From Octopus vulgaris (Eukaryota), in the NCBI GenBank assembly GCA_951406725.2, contig OX597820.1, positions 31,558,001 through 31,622,000 of the forward strand: a stretch of 64,000 nt of DNA, in the 5' to 3' direction. Of this stretch, positions 12,726 through 25,190 are shown piece after piece. Numbering within the stretch: position 1 is the stretch's first letter; each line of letters opens with the position of its first letter. The translations under genes were made by a program, and so were the position numbers. The notes under the pieces were generated by a model. That model was given only the letters and a program-made list of their open reading frames with translations, made no database searches and was not told the origin of the DNA.

Positions 12726-13512
12726 TGGTTTGGTCACCTCAGCTGGCCTGCCAACAAGACTGTGTCATGGTTGAAACATCTGATAATTCATCATCATCAT
12801 TGTCATTTAATGTCTGCTTTCTATGCTGACATGGGTTGGACGGTTTGACATGGTGTTGGCTAGCAGGGAGCTGTCCAGACACCAACTGTCTATTGTGGCA
12901 TGGTTTCTATGGCTGGATGCCCTTCATAACACCAACCACTTAACAGAGTGCGCTGGGTGCTTGATATGTGCCACTGGTATGGTGCTTTTTAAGAGGCACC
13001 AGTACCTGAAAGGACAAGCCTGTATGTGTGGAAGACAGCATTTTTACTTAGTTTGACGCATCTTATCAAGTACAGCAAATCGCCACATTTCCTGTTCCCT
13101 TGTCATTTCTTCAGTGAGGTCCAGCATTTGAAGATCCTTTGTCACCACTTTAGTTACCGTCTGATGACATAAATTCCTCCTGGTCCAAAGCTCCATTCAT
13201 TTGGAAAAGAAGCACCTTCTTTTAGGTATTGTCAATAACTAACTTATGTTCTATGACAAGATGAACTCTTTGGATTACAGATACAGTCCTTTCGATGAGC
13301 TTCCTCACAGTTTCCATCTACTATTAAATTTATTCCCACAAGGCATCAATCAATTTGAATCTTTGGTAGAAGACACTTGCTCATGATGGTACACAGTGGG
13401 ATCAAAACTGGAACCATGTTGTTGCTCTTCTCATTTGTCTGCCGTTCTATGCCATCCTGTGATATCAGTGTCCCACATCCTAATCTCTTTATTCTACAAC
13501 TGGTCTTCACAG

Positions 13513-13615
13513 GCTTTCCGAATTTGGAGTTTATGTGAATCGTCTGATGGAGCGGTGCCTGAAGGAGTCCCGTTGTTTAGACACTGAGTCACTTTGCATC
13601 GTTGCCGGGGAGAAG
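13513..13615 (+). CDS. EXOSC9: EXOSC9 exon (LSEFGVYVNRLMERCLKESRCLDTESLCIVAGEK)
   Basis: cacag| and |gtaagc; 103 nt, phase 2 to 0; NRLMERCL...DTESLC.VAGEK is characteristic of RRP45. Confidence 0.96.
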
Positions 13616-15074
13616 GTAAGCAGTGTTCTTTTTTTTTTATTTTAATTCATTTAATATTAGGAAGGGCATCCAGCCATAAACACCTTGCCAAAACAGACAG
13701 TGAAGCTCAGTGCAGTCTTCTGGCTTGTCAGCACTTGTCAAATTGTCCAATCCATACCAGCATGGCAAACAGATATTTAATGATGGTGATGATGATATAT
13801 ATATATACTCACACACACATGATGGGCTTCTTTCAGTTTCCATCTACCAAATCCACTCATTGTGTTCACATAATGTTGTCTTGAATACACTTTGTTTCTA
13901 AAAAAGATTGATGGTTACTTTGCACCCTGGGCCACATTATCCTATGTGTTCATCTGTTTTTCTAAGACAGTAAGGTTTGATTTGAGTGAAGTTTGGTTAT
14001 TATTTCTAGAATACTGAACGACTACATGTAGGCTCCTTTGCTGGCTAGTCATCAATCATAAAGTTGTAGAGCCCTGAGGAGGTATCTCTGATGTAGCTGC
14101 AGTTTTTAGCAGGAAAAGTGACCATGTAGAGGCTCCCTTTATGCCTCTTCACTTATTATATTTATAACACACAGTTGAAATTGTATGTCAAATACCTCAT
14201 AATGTTGTTTAGCCCTGAACAGGTAGCTCTGATGTGGAATTAGCTGCAGTTTCTAGCAGGAAAAGTGACTGCATAGAGGCTCCATTATTGCCTCATCACC
14301 AAATGTTATATATAACACATACTTGAAATTGTATCTCAAATGCCTGACATTCTTTATAGGGGTCTGAAAGTACTTCAGCGCTGAGCAGTTGTTGACCCCT
14401 TTGTGAGGTACAAGTATGGCTATCATTGCAATACTATACACATTTCTGGAATGGTGCAGTCAACATTAGAACACTGCACACATTTCTATAATGGTGCAGT
14501 CAACATTACAGTACTGCACGCATTACAAATTTTCTCTGGATCGCAGTGGAAAACAAGATCATACAACTACAACTCCTGGCCTTTTGCCAGCAAGATGTCA
14601 GGGCTATTCCTGGTTGCTCGACTTGCTAAAAAGTGTAGCCAGAACTCCTCTGAATACATCCTTATGCTTTTGAAAAAAAGTAAGGACACACTAGATAAAG
14701 TGTGTATGAATATAAGAAGGGCTGGTCATGTCTGGAGTACTTTTGATTGTAATTCAACTTGAATGGGCTGACCTGAGGTTAAACGGTAACAACAAGAATC
14801 CCCTAACAGGCAGTTTAAGGGTCAAGCTTGTTTATCACTCCTCCTCCTACTGCAGCTGCTTTTATATGACATTCCAGCCATAACCATCCCAACTATATTT
14901 GCAGTAGCGTATGTCCAGGACTACATTATCTGATGTGCCCTTTTTTTTTTGTACTTGAGCATGGTTTGAAGGAGATTTGGCTATTATTTCTTGCAGGTTA
15001 GCTGACCATGTAGAGGCTCATTGTTGATGGTTGCAGTGATTGTGGTGATAGTGGTGGTGGTTGTTTTTGGGAAT

Positions 15075-15262
15075 GTTGTTCAGCCTCAGATGAACCCTGT
15101 TCAAACAGACCTATGATCAAAGGCAGTCCAGTTGTGACCATCCTGTCTTTTAAGAGTAGCTAGACCTACATTATCTGATATGGTCTTTTATTTTTAAAGA
15201 TCGTAAGATATAATTTGAAGGAGATTTGACTGCTATTTCTAGCTAGCCATCATGTAGAGGCT
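15075..15262 (-). mobile_element. Old dispersed repeat family E (+ strand reads tttagccc.aggtcagccctg...cagacctatgatcaaaggc.ttccag...gagatttggctgctatttctagcagg...gtagaggct)
   Basis: Diverged copies near 13930, 14870, 22330, 23465, 26710, 37810, 42070, 42440, 44925, 56450, 60213; usually preceded by (GTT)n, so the (AAC)n tail is on the minus strand. Confidence 0.65.
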
Positions 15263-16419
15263 CTTTATTTCTTTTTTTCTGACTTGTTTGTAGTTTGGTT
15301 GGTGTCCTAGAAGTATGGTTCTGTTGATAACATCTCGTGTGTATGTGTATATCTTTGTATATGTGTGTGTATCTTTGTATATGTGTGTGTATACCTTTGT
15401 ATGTGTGTATGTGGATGTCAGGTATATGTATGTGTATATGTGTCAACCTTTGTGTGTGTATATCTTTATATGTATATGTGTATGTCAGTGTGTGTATATC
15501 TTTGCATGTATATGTGTGTGTGTGTGCATGTGGACCTCAGTGTGTGAATACCTTTGTATATGTGTGTGTGTGTTCGTGTGTTACCCTGTGTGTTATATGT
15601 GTACCCCAGTATACATACATACACATATGTATGTGTGTGTGTATGCCTTTGTATGAGTGTATATGTGTACCATAACAAGTGTATGCCTTTGTATATGTAT
15701 ATATATGTGTGTGTATGTACCTGTATATCTGTGCATGTGTGTGTGCATAGGTTATATAAGAACACTAACAATACGACAATATTGATTGTCAGCAATGAAT
15801 CACAATTGATTGGTTCTGCTACATCTCCACCACCATCACCACCACCACCACTACCACCACCACCACCATCATCATATCATCATCAGAAGTATAAATATTT
15901 TTTCGGCGTTCCTTTTTACAACATAGGAAATGTATATAAATTGCTTTGTATTGGTGGGGCTACTGGTGGGGGTGGGGGTGGTGGTATTTGTTAGGGATGT
16001 AATGGTGGTGGTTAGAGTATGGGCGGTAGTGTTCACAGAGGTAGAGGTGGTGGTGATGGTTTTTATTATTAGTAAAGCTAGTAAAGTAATAGGTGTAAAA
16101 GTAGTATTAGTGAGTATAGTAGTAGTAGTAGTAGTAGTAGTAATAGCAGCAGTAGCAGTAATAGCAGCAGTAGCAGTAGTAGTAGCAGCAGTAGTAGTGG
16201 TGGTGGTGGTTGTGGTAACAGTGCCATAGCGGAGGCGGTTGTGTTTATGTTTGTAGCGGTTGTTTCTGTAGAAGTTTGTGTGAGTGGTTGTAGTGGTATA
16301 GGTGGTTGTAGCAGTGGTGAAGGGAAGATGATTACGGTGCTTGTCGTGGTTGTAGAATGTAGTGGGGAGAGATAATTACAGTGGTGGAGGTGATTGCAGT
16401 AAATCAAGGTTGTTGTATT

Positions 16420-16660
16420 GGTGGTGGTTGTAGTAGTGGAGGTAGCTTGAGTGGTTGTTGTAGTAGTGGAGTTAGTTTGAGTAGTTGTTGTAATAGTGGA
16501 AGTAGCTTGAGTGGTTGTTGTAGTAGTGGAGGTAGCTTGAGTGGTTGTTGTAGTAGTGAAGTTTGTTTGGGTGGTTGATGTAGTAGTGGGGGTAGCTTGA
16601 GTGGTTGTTGTAATAGTGGAACTAGTTTAAGTGATTGTTGTAGTAGTGGAGGTTGTTGTG
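16420..16660. repeat. 30-bp tandem repeat, about 8 copies
   Basis: gtagtagtggaggtagcttgagtggttgtt. Confidence 0.85.
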
Positions 16661-17285
16661 GTAGTTGTGGAGATTGCAGTGACCCAGTTGGTGGTAGTGG
16701 TGTTGGAGGTAGTTTTGGTGATGATGGCATTTGTAGTGTTGGTAGTAGTTGTGGTAGCTATGGTGGAAGTTGGTGTGGCAATGGAGGTAGTCATAAAAGT
16801 ATAGGTGGTTGTTGCAGTGGTGGTGGTGGTGCAGTAGAGATTCTTGTATAGGTTGATGTTATAGTGGTTGAGATTGTGAAATTGTATTGTTATAACAATT
16901 GCATTGATTTGTTATTGAGATAGTCGTAGTAGTAGTAGTAGTAATGAGGTACTAATGACAAAGTAGTAGCAGTGGTGGTGGTGATTGTTATAGTTAGTAT
17001 TTGATGGTATGGTGATAGTTATTGCTGTTGCTATTGTGCTACTAATGATAGGGTATAGTATTGGGAGTAGTTATGATGGTGGTGGTACTGGCTGTGTGTG
17101 TGTGTGTGTGTGTGTGTTATGTTGATGATGATGGGTTTTTTGGTATATGTAAATGTCAGTATTTGATCTATGTAGTGCCTGTGATGTACATGCACATGTG
17201 TGTATGTATATTAAATACAGAATGTGTCGAATGTCAATATTTCTTATGTAAGGGTGTATGTATAAAATATTTGTCTGTGTGTGTA

Positions 17286-17332
<47 letters not shown>

Positions 17333-19887
17333 GCATGTGTATATGTGGATATATACATTCTATACTATATACATGTGTGTTTGTATATATTCATGCATAC
17401 ACAGTTGAAATGCTTTTAAATACATAAAGCCGATAGTCATTGAATAAAGAACATTTATAACATCTAATATTTATGGTAAATTTTCGACAGTAACTTCAAA
17501 GTTTTCCCGATGGTAGTTTATTCTTTATTCAAACTTTGAAGTTAAGGGTAGCATAATGGTCTCTACTTCACTTAGGAATCAGGTACTACTTACCATACCC
17601 ATTAAAACTGGTAAATTCATCATAGATATGAAGCTCATTCAGTGATATAGCGAAGGATCTTGATGAGGGTAACCAATGTTTCTGTTCCCTGTGATGAAAT
17701 GTTTTAGCAATTGTTCTGAGATAGCATTACACATTCTACAGTTAGTTGTGTCCTGATATGTATTGAGCATGTGAAAAGATAATGAGGGAATGACAAAAAT
17801 AGGGCCCAAAATCAAACAGTATTTCACCCATATACAGCCTGTGTTTTTATTTTACATTTCCATCTAAGAAATATATCATTTCTTTCTTTCTAGCCCTTCC
17901 ACACTCTACCCTTACTAGCTGTTAAACTTAGCTGCTGTTTGAATTCGTTCACCTCCCCTTTCCACTCTCTTTCTTCACCTAAGTGCTTTTTATTTGCTTT
18001 CACACTTCTCTCTAATAAACACTACATTTTCATGGTGAGAAGTTGTACTTATAAATTTATTGATAATTTTATTAACTGGAACTGATTTTCTTTATATAAT
18101 TATGCTGTTGCAATATAATTATATAATCTAACTAATTTGTTTTGAAATCTAATAATACATATTCAGAATCAAAGACTAAACCAGATTTAAGTGCCCAAAG
18201 TTTACATATTTCTTTTTGAGTAATACTTTTGTCAGACAAGGAAGTTTTTGCATAGTGTACTCTCTGACAATAGCCACTATACACAACACAGTTTCTGTTA
18301 CCCTGCAATTTATGTTGATATTTCAGAGAGTAATAATCTAAGTGAAGGCACTCAGCCTATTGTTAAGAACTTTGGTTCTCAGTCTTTTTAATATCTGGGT
18401 TTTTTAGAAGCCACACTCCCAAAGAAATAAACACAAGTCAGTTAAAGAACAATTTTTTGTATTTATGGAGGGAAGACCATCAGGGGCCACTGGAAGGATG
18501 TTTGAAGGCCATATGCATCTTTAGGATCCATGGTTGAGAACTGCTAGTTTAGAGTGTTCAGCTCATGATCACAATGTTGCGGGTTCAATTTCTGAACCAA
18601 GAAGTGTATTCTGTCTGACCAATGTACTTCATTTTATGTTGATCCAGTCCGCTCAGCTATTAAAAGTTCTAACTGGGTGATGATGCTGTTCCTCCTCTTT
18701 ATTCTCTTAGATGTGCTTCTAGCTCAAGGGTGAGAGGGCCGAGAGAGTATCTGTGTTTGCTTGTGATTACACAGGCACCTAAAATAATTAGTGAAAGCAT
18801 GTTACATATTGCCAAGTCTTACTCATATGTAGGTGACAGCTGGCTCTGAAATAATCTGACTCTACTTTATGATACTGGGCTTTAAGAAACTGGACTTTAG
18901 AAGGAGGTTAGAAGCTGGTGCTTCAGTGATGAAGAGTAGGTTTATATACATATATACATATAGGTATGTATGTATATATATATGTGTGTGTGTGTGTGTG
19001 TTTGTATACATATGTTGTGAGTCATGGGTCAGAGCAAGTAATAAGCCAAGGGAGCTGGGTGTTGCATCAGTTCAATCCCATTAAGTTCCTGCAGTTTATT
19101 CCGGGTCATTCAAGCAGTATGAGGTTTTGCAATGCCTTGGTGCAAAAGAGCCCACTTTCTTTTAGCACCATTCAAGTGTGGTTGATGCCAGTGCCACCTC
19201 ACTGGCTACAGTGCAGGTGGCACATAAAAAGCACCATTCAAACTTGGTCAATACCAGTGCCGCCTTACTGGAATGACAAAAAACCCCCACTACACTCTCA
19301 GAGTGGTTGATGTTAGGAAGGGCATCCAGCTGTAGAAACTTTGCCAGATCAGATTGGAGCCTGGTGCAGCCTCCTGGCTGGCCAGTCCTCAGTCAAACCA
19401 TCCTACCCATGCCAGCATAGAAAGCAGACGTTAAACAATGATGATGATGATATATATAAATAATTGTTAAAGAGGACAATAAATGTTAAAGCAAGACAAA
19501 CATCTCATGTCATATACATTATTGTTATTGGAAAAAATTCAAAGTCTTACAGTTGTCTCTGGGATATCCCAGAGTATGGGAAGACAAATAGGGATATTCC
19601 AATGACAGAATATCCCATACTCTTGGATATCTCAGAAATAGCTGTAAGACTTTGAATTTTTTCCAATAATAATAATATATATGACTTGAGATGTTTGCCT
19701 TAACGTTTGTTGTCCTTTTTAACAATTATATATCTGCTATATCGGAAATCCGCAATGGCTCTATAACTGCCCTTTCAGCTATAACCTTGGAGCCCTAGTA
19801 ATCTGTTATAGCACTTACCTAGAGGACCTAGCCATTTTGATCATCTGTGAACTAAACCCTCAAATTTTGTGTGTGTGTATATATATA

Positions 19888-20165
19888 TCATCATCATCAT
19901 CGTTTAACGTCCGTTTTCCGCGCTAGCACGAGTTGGACGGTTCGACCGGGGTCTGGGAAGCCAGGGGCTGCTCCAGGCTCCAGTCTAATCTGGCAGAGTT
20001 TCTACAGCTGGATGCCCTTCCTAACGCCAACCACTCCGTGAGTGTAGTGGGTGCTTTTTACGTGCCACCCGCACAGGTGCCAGGCGAGGCTGGCAACGGC
20101 CACGGTCGGATTGGTGCAATTTACGTGCCACCAGCACGGAAGCCCCTCGAGGCGGCGCTGGCATC
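19888..20165 (-). mobile_element. SINE-like family C (ggttggcgttaggaagggcatccagctgtagaaa ... ccatgctagcatggaaa.cggacgttaaa(cgat/gat)n tail)
   Basis: Other copies: 2300-2576 +, 5148-5580 -, 5695-5906 +, 11935-12190 +, 12790-13000 -, 19175-19452 +, 20594-20933 -, 21003-21260 -, 21545-21750 +, 24660-24982 +, 25270-25482 +, 34450-34650 +, 36030-36400 -. Confidence 0.85.
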
Positions 20166-22040
20166 TATATATATATATATATAGAGAGAGAGAGATATAT
20201 AGATAGATAGATAGATATGGTGTGTTGTGTGAATTAATGAAGGGAATCCCATAAAGCTCAACAAAATTTGTTAAAAATGGAGAAGAGAAGATGTTTAAAT
20301 GTAAGAGAATTTTAATTCATGCAGACAACCGTTTTGATCAGCGATATTAAAATCATTCATATTGGTGGTTGAATAGAAATAATTAAATTAATTTGATTAG
20401 ATCAAATTAATTATATATCACTGTTCTCTTCAGTGCAAGAAGAATAAACAAAAAATTTTACAAAGGACTTGATAAAGGAAATAGCAGAGTATAATTTCGT
20501 ATATTCATATTTATCTTTATGAGAAAGGAAGAAGAAATGTGGGTATAATTAGGTATAAACTAAAACCTAAGGTCACTAACGGTTATTTGAAAATCATCAT
20601 CATCATCATCATCATCATTTAGCGTCCGTTTTCCATGCTAGCATGGGTTGGACAGTTCAACTGGGGTCTGTGAAGCCGGAAGGCTTCATCAGGCCCAGTC
20701 AGATCTGGCAGTGTTTCTACGGCTGGATGCCCTTCCTAACGCCAACCACTCCGTGAGTGTAGTGGGTGCTTTTTATGTGCCACTTGCACAGGTGCCAGAC
20801 AGAGCTGGCAAACGGCCACAAACGGATGGTGCTTTTATGTGCCACCAGCACGGGGGCCAGGCGAGGCTGGCAACGGACATGAATGGATGGTGCTTTTACG
20901 TGCCACCGGCACGGGGGCCAGGCGAGGCTGGCTGAAAAAGGTTTTATGAGATGTTCTCTCTATAGAAGAGTAAGGAGATAAGTAATTCTAACTCTAAATA
21001 AGTCATCATCATCATCATCATCATTGTTTAACGTCCGTTTTTCATGCTAGCATGGGTTGGATGGTTCGATTGGGGTCTGGGAAGCCAGGTGGCTGCACCA
21101 GGCTCCAGTCTGATCTGGCAGCGTTTCTACAGCTGGATGTCCATCCTAATGCCAACCACTCCATGAGTGTAGTGGGTGCTTTTTATGTGCCACTGGCACA
21201 GGGGCCAAAGGAGGCTGGCAATGGCCATGGTCAATTGGTGCTTTTTATGTGCCACGTAAAAAAAATTGTATAGAAATGTCCATTGGAAAAGCATAGCTAT
21301 ATTTGAATTAGGATATGACTTGACAGTTAGAAAAAAACCCCTCATTGCTTGATTTTGACGATTCCTTAAAAAAAGGTCACTCTTCCATTTGTACTCATTA
21401 ACCCCACTTTTCTTACCATATTTCACAAATGACTGAGATATCTGGCATCTTGACAAAGGACCAAGATATTTGGCACCTTAATGAAAGACTGAATTTGGCC
21501 CCTTCCTGTAGTCAAGAAGATCTGTCCACCACAGCAGGGTTGATACCAGTGTTGGTACCACATAAAAAGCACCCAGTACACTTTGTGGAGTGGTTGGCAT
21601 TAGGAAGAACATCCAGCTGTAGAAACCATGCCAGATACAGACAAAGGAGCTTGAAGCAGCCCTTGGTCTTACCAGCTCAGGTCAAATTGTCCAACCCATG
21701 CCAGCATGGAAAATGGACATTAAATGATGACGCTGACAATGATGATTTCTGTTGAAAATCCACTGCCTTGGTTTCTATTAATTTTACTAATAATGAAGAA
21801 TTTAGTAAAATAAATCTGTCGTCATTAAGTGATGTTTTTGAACATAAATTAGCATGAGATTCTGCTAGGAGGTTTTAATTAAGACCATTTTAAAGTAAAA
21901 AGTTTGTATCATGAAACAGGGGCAGCCTCAGGGCAGTTTGGTATAAAAAGGACTAATGAAGGCTTATTGTATACTCACAAAAATACTATGCATTTATATG
22001 TGCGTGTGTGTGCAAGCTCTTATAAATATTTGCATTCGTA

Positions 22041-22081
<41 letters not shown>

Positions 22082-22699
22082 GGAGAGAGTTCAGAAGACA
22101 AAAAGCCAAGATTGTATCAGTGACCAAACAGTCACAGTATTGTTGTAAATAGCTGCATCAATATTGGTCTAGCGGTGCCAAGTTGGTTAGCAGTGGTGCA
22201 CTGCTGTTTCATGTCAGTAGATGGCAAAGAAATTGATCTAATTTTTAGTGGGGTGGTAGTGGTAGTGGTAAGAAGTGTTTGTAGTAATAGTAGCAATAGT
22301 AGTATTAGTAGTAGTAGTAGTAGTTGATTAGCTTGAGGTCAACCTTATCTAGCAGATATGATTGAAGATGTGGCTCTCTATGTTCAGTTACCGTGCATCA
22401 CGGACTTTATTTATTATCCAGTGTGTACTTCTTTTTTTAAGGCAGTGGAGTGTGATTTGAAGTAGATTTGGTTGCTATTTCTGTAAATAAGAATATTTTC
22501 TACTCTAGGTACAAGGCCCGAAATTTTGGGGGAGGGGGCCTGTCGATTAGATCGACCCCGAAAGAATGAAAGGCAAAGTCCACCTTGGTGGAATTAGAAC
22601 TTCAAGCATAAAGACAGATGAAATACTGCTAAGCATTTCGCCGGGCGTGCTAACGTTTCTGCCATTTCACCGCCAGTGAGTTACATTCAGTTGCATAGA

Positions 22700-23430
22700 G
22701 GTAACTAAGTAAGGTACTGTCAACCTAGCTATAAGTAGGTACCATAATGTGATACTGTTGACCTAGATGTAAGTACGTATCATAATGAGATACTGTCAAC
22801 CTTACTATAGGTAGGTACCGCAGTGAGGTACTGTTGACCTAGCTGTAAGAAGGTACTTCTAAGTTACTATCAAACTAGGTGTATGTACCATAATGAGATA
22901 TTGTCGACCTTACTATAAATAGGTATCACAGTGAAGCACTGTCAACCTATGTTTATATAGGTACCTCAATAAGTTACTGTCAAACTAGATGTATGTACCA
23001 TGAGATATTGTCAACCTTACTATAAACAGGCACCACAGTAAGATATTGTCAACCTACATTTATGTAGGTACCTCAATAAGTTACTGCTAAACTAGGTGTA
23101 TGTACCATTATGAGATATTGTCAACCTTACTATAAATAAGTACCACAGTGAGATATGGTCAACCTGTAAATATGTAGGTACCTCAATAAGTTACTGTCAA
23201 CCTGGGAGTACAGTCAGCCTATGTATAAGTAGGTACCACAGTGAGGTGCATTACACCTAATTGTAGGTACCACAGTGAAGTACAATCAGTCTAGTTGTAT
23301 GTAGGTACCACAGTGAGGTACAGTGGATAAGTAGGTATCCCAGTAAAGCATAGTCAACCTAAATGTAAGTAGGTACCACAGGTACAGTCATCCTAATTGT
23401 AAGGAGGTACTATGAGGCTGTGCAGTCAGT
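22700..23430. repeat. Degenerate ~32-bp minisatellite with ~92-94 bp higher-order units
   Basis: Recurrent gtaggtaccacagtgaggtactgtcaaccta; triplet units recur at about 22860, 22970 and 23076 (aataagttactgtcaaactag...). Confidence 0.8.
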
Positions 23431-24103
23431 CTAGCTCTGTTTTGGTATTACAATAAGTTGATGTAGTTGTTTAGCTCCAGGTCAGCCCTGGTCCAGAAAC
23501 CTATGGTGAGTTATTCCAGCCATGACCATTCCAACTTTTATCCAGACATATTATATCTAGGACAACATTATCTCACGTGTTCAGGTGAGGGTGTCAGTTG
23601 GTTACATTGACCCTAGTGCTCAACTGGTACTTATTTTATTGACCCCGAAAGGATGAAAGGCGAAGTTGACCTTGGAGGGATTTGAACTCGGAACTTAAAT
23701 ATCGAAAGAAACGCTGCTGAGCATTTTGTTTGACATGTTAACAATACTGCCAACTTGCCTGCCCCCTCCTCCTCCTTAACAACAACAACAACAACAATAA
23801 TAATAATCCTTTCTACTGGAGGCGCAAGGCCTCAAATTTGTGGGGGTGGGGACAAGTTGATTACATCGACCCCAGTATTTCACTGGTACTTAATTTATTG
23901 ACTCCAAAAGGATGAAAAGCAAAGTCGACCCCAGTGCAATTTGAACTCAGAATGTAGCTAAGCATTTTGTCCAATGCGCTAATGATTCTGCCAGCTTGCT
24001 GCCTTGATGATGATGATGATAATAATAATGATAATAATAATAATAATAATAATAATATGAATAATTACAATAATAATGGTTTAATGGTATCTTAATTCTT
24101 CAG

Positions 24104-24201
24104 GTGTGGATAATTCGAATTGATCTCCATGTTTTGAATCACGATGGCAATTTGATTGATTCTGCGAGTATTGCAGCTATAACGTCTCTTGCACACTTCA
24201 G
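24104..24201 (+). CDS. EXOSC9: EXOSC9 exon (VWIIRIDLHVLNHDGNLIDSASIAAITSLAHFR)
   Basis: ttcttcag| and |gtatgt; 98 nt, phase 0 to 2; VW.IR.DLH.LNHDGN..D motif. Confidence 0.96.
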
Positions 24202-25019
24202 GTATGTATTTCATGAACAGTCCATCAAACAGTGCACACAATTCCAGACAAACACACATATACCATCATTATTGTTTTAATGTCCTCTTTTTCATGCCTG
24301 CATTGGTCAGACAGAATATCTATGACTGGATCTCTTTCCTGTTGCTAACCCTCCCTTCTTCCCAAGTTAAGTAGTATTTCTCCATAACTGGACATGTGTT
24401 CCATGGAAAATTGAAAATGAACAGCACTACTTGTGTTATGGTGGTTTACGGTTGTACTGAACTTACCAGGAGAAAGACACACATACACATGTATCAGGCT
24501 TCTTTCAGTTTCCTTCTACCAGATCCACTTTTAAGGGTTTGGTCGATCTGTTGCTTTAGTAGAAAATATTTGCGTTAGGTGTCACACAGTGGAATTGAAC
24601 CCAAGACCATGTGGTTGGGAAGCACACTTTTTATCTACACAGCTTAATAGTAGTCATGACCTTCCTGCCAGTGTCACATAACTGGCACCCATGCTAGTGG
24701 AACATAAAAAGCACCCTTCAAACATTGGGCCTCATGGAGGCAATAACAAGTGAACGAAACCTTTGGTTATATGCCATGCTTGAGAAGAACCATCATGCCA
24801 AGCGAAATTGTAGTTGTGGCATGTAAGAAGCATCCATTACACTCTTGGAGTGGTTGGCATTAAGAAGGGCATCCAGCTGTAGAAACCATCCCAAATCAGA
24901 TTAGAACCTGATGCAGCATTCAGTTAAACTGCCTTTACCCATGCCAGCATGAAAAGTAGATGCTAAATGATGATGATGATGGTGAGCTTGTTTTGGCCTA
25001 TATATATATGTATATATAT

Positions 25020-25190
25020 AGAACTGGCAGGCAGGTTGAAAGTCATTTGAAGTTGGCTGTCGGGGTTTTGTGGGGTGTTTACAATACAATGATCTGACCG
25101 AGCTTGGAGTCACTGGTGCAGCAAAGAGGAGGACCGTAAATACCATTATTAGAGCTTCAGAGAAGACCACTTGGTGGAAGATATGTACTT
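25020..25190 (+). mobile_element. RLE-type (HERO/NeSL-like) non-LTR C-terminal relic
   Basis: FEVGCRGFVG...LTELGVTG...RASEKTTWW. Confidence 0.55.

Noticed and set aside
14360-14402. Possible poison exon (ttctttatag| ... |gtgagg) containing TGA
   Set aside because: Splice-like signals only, with no conservation or transcript evidence; such matches are common by chance
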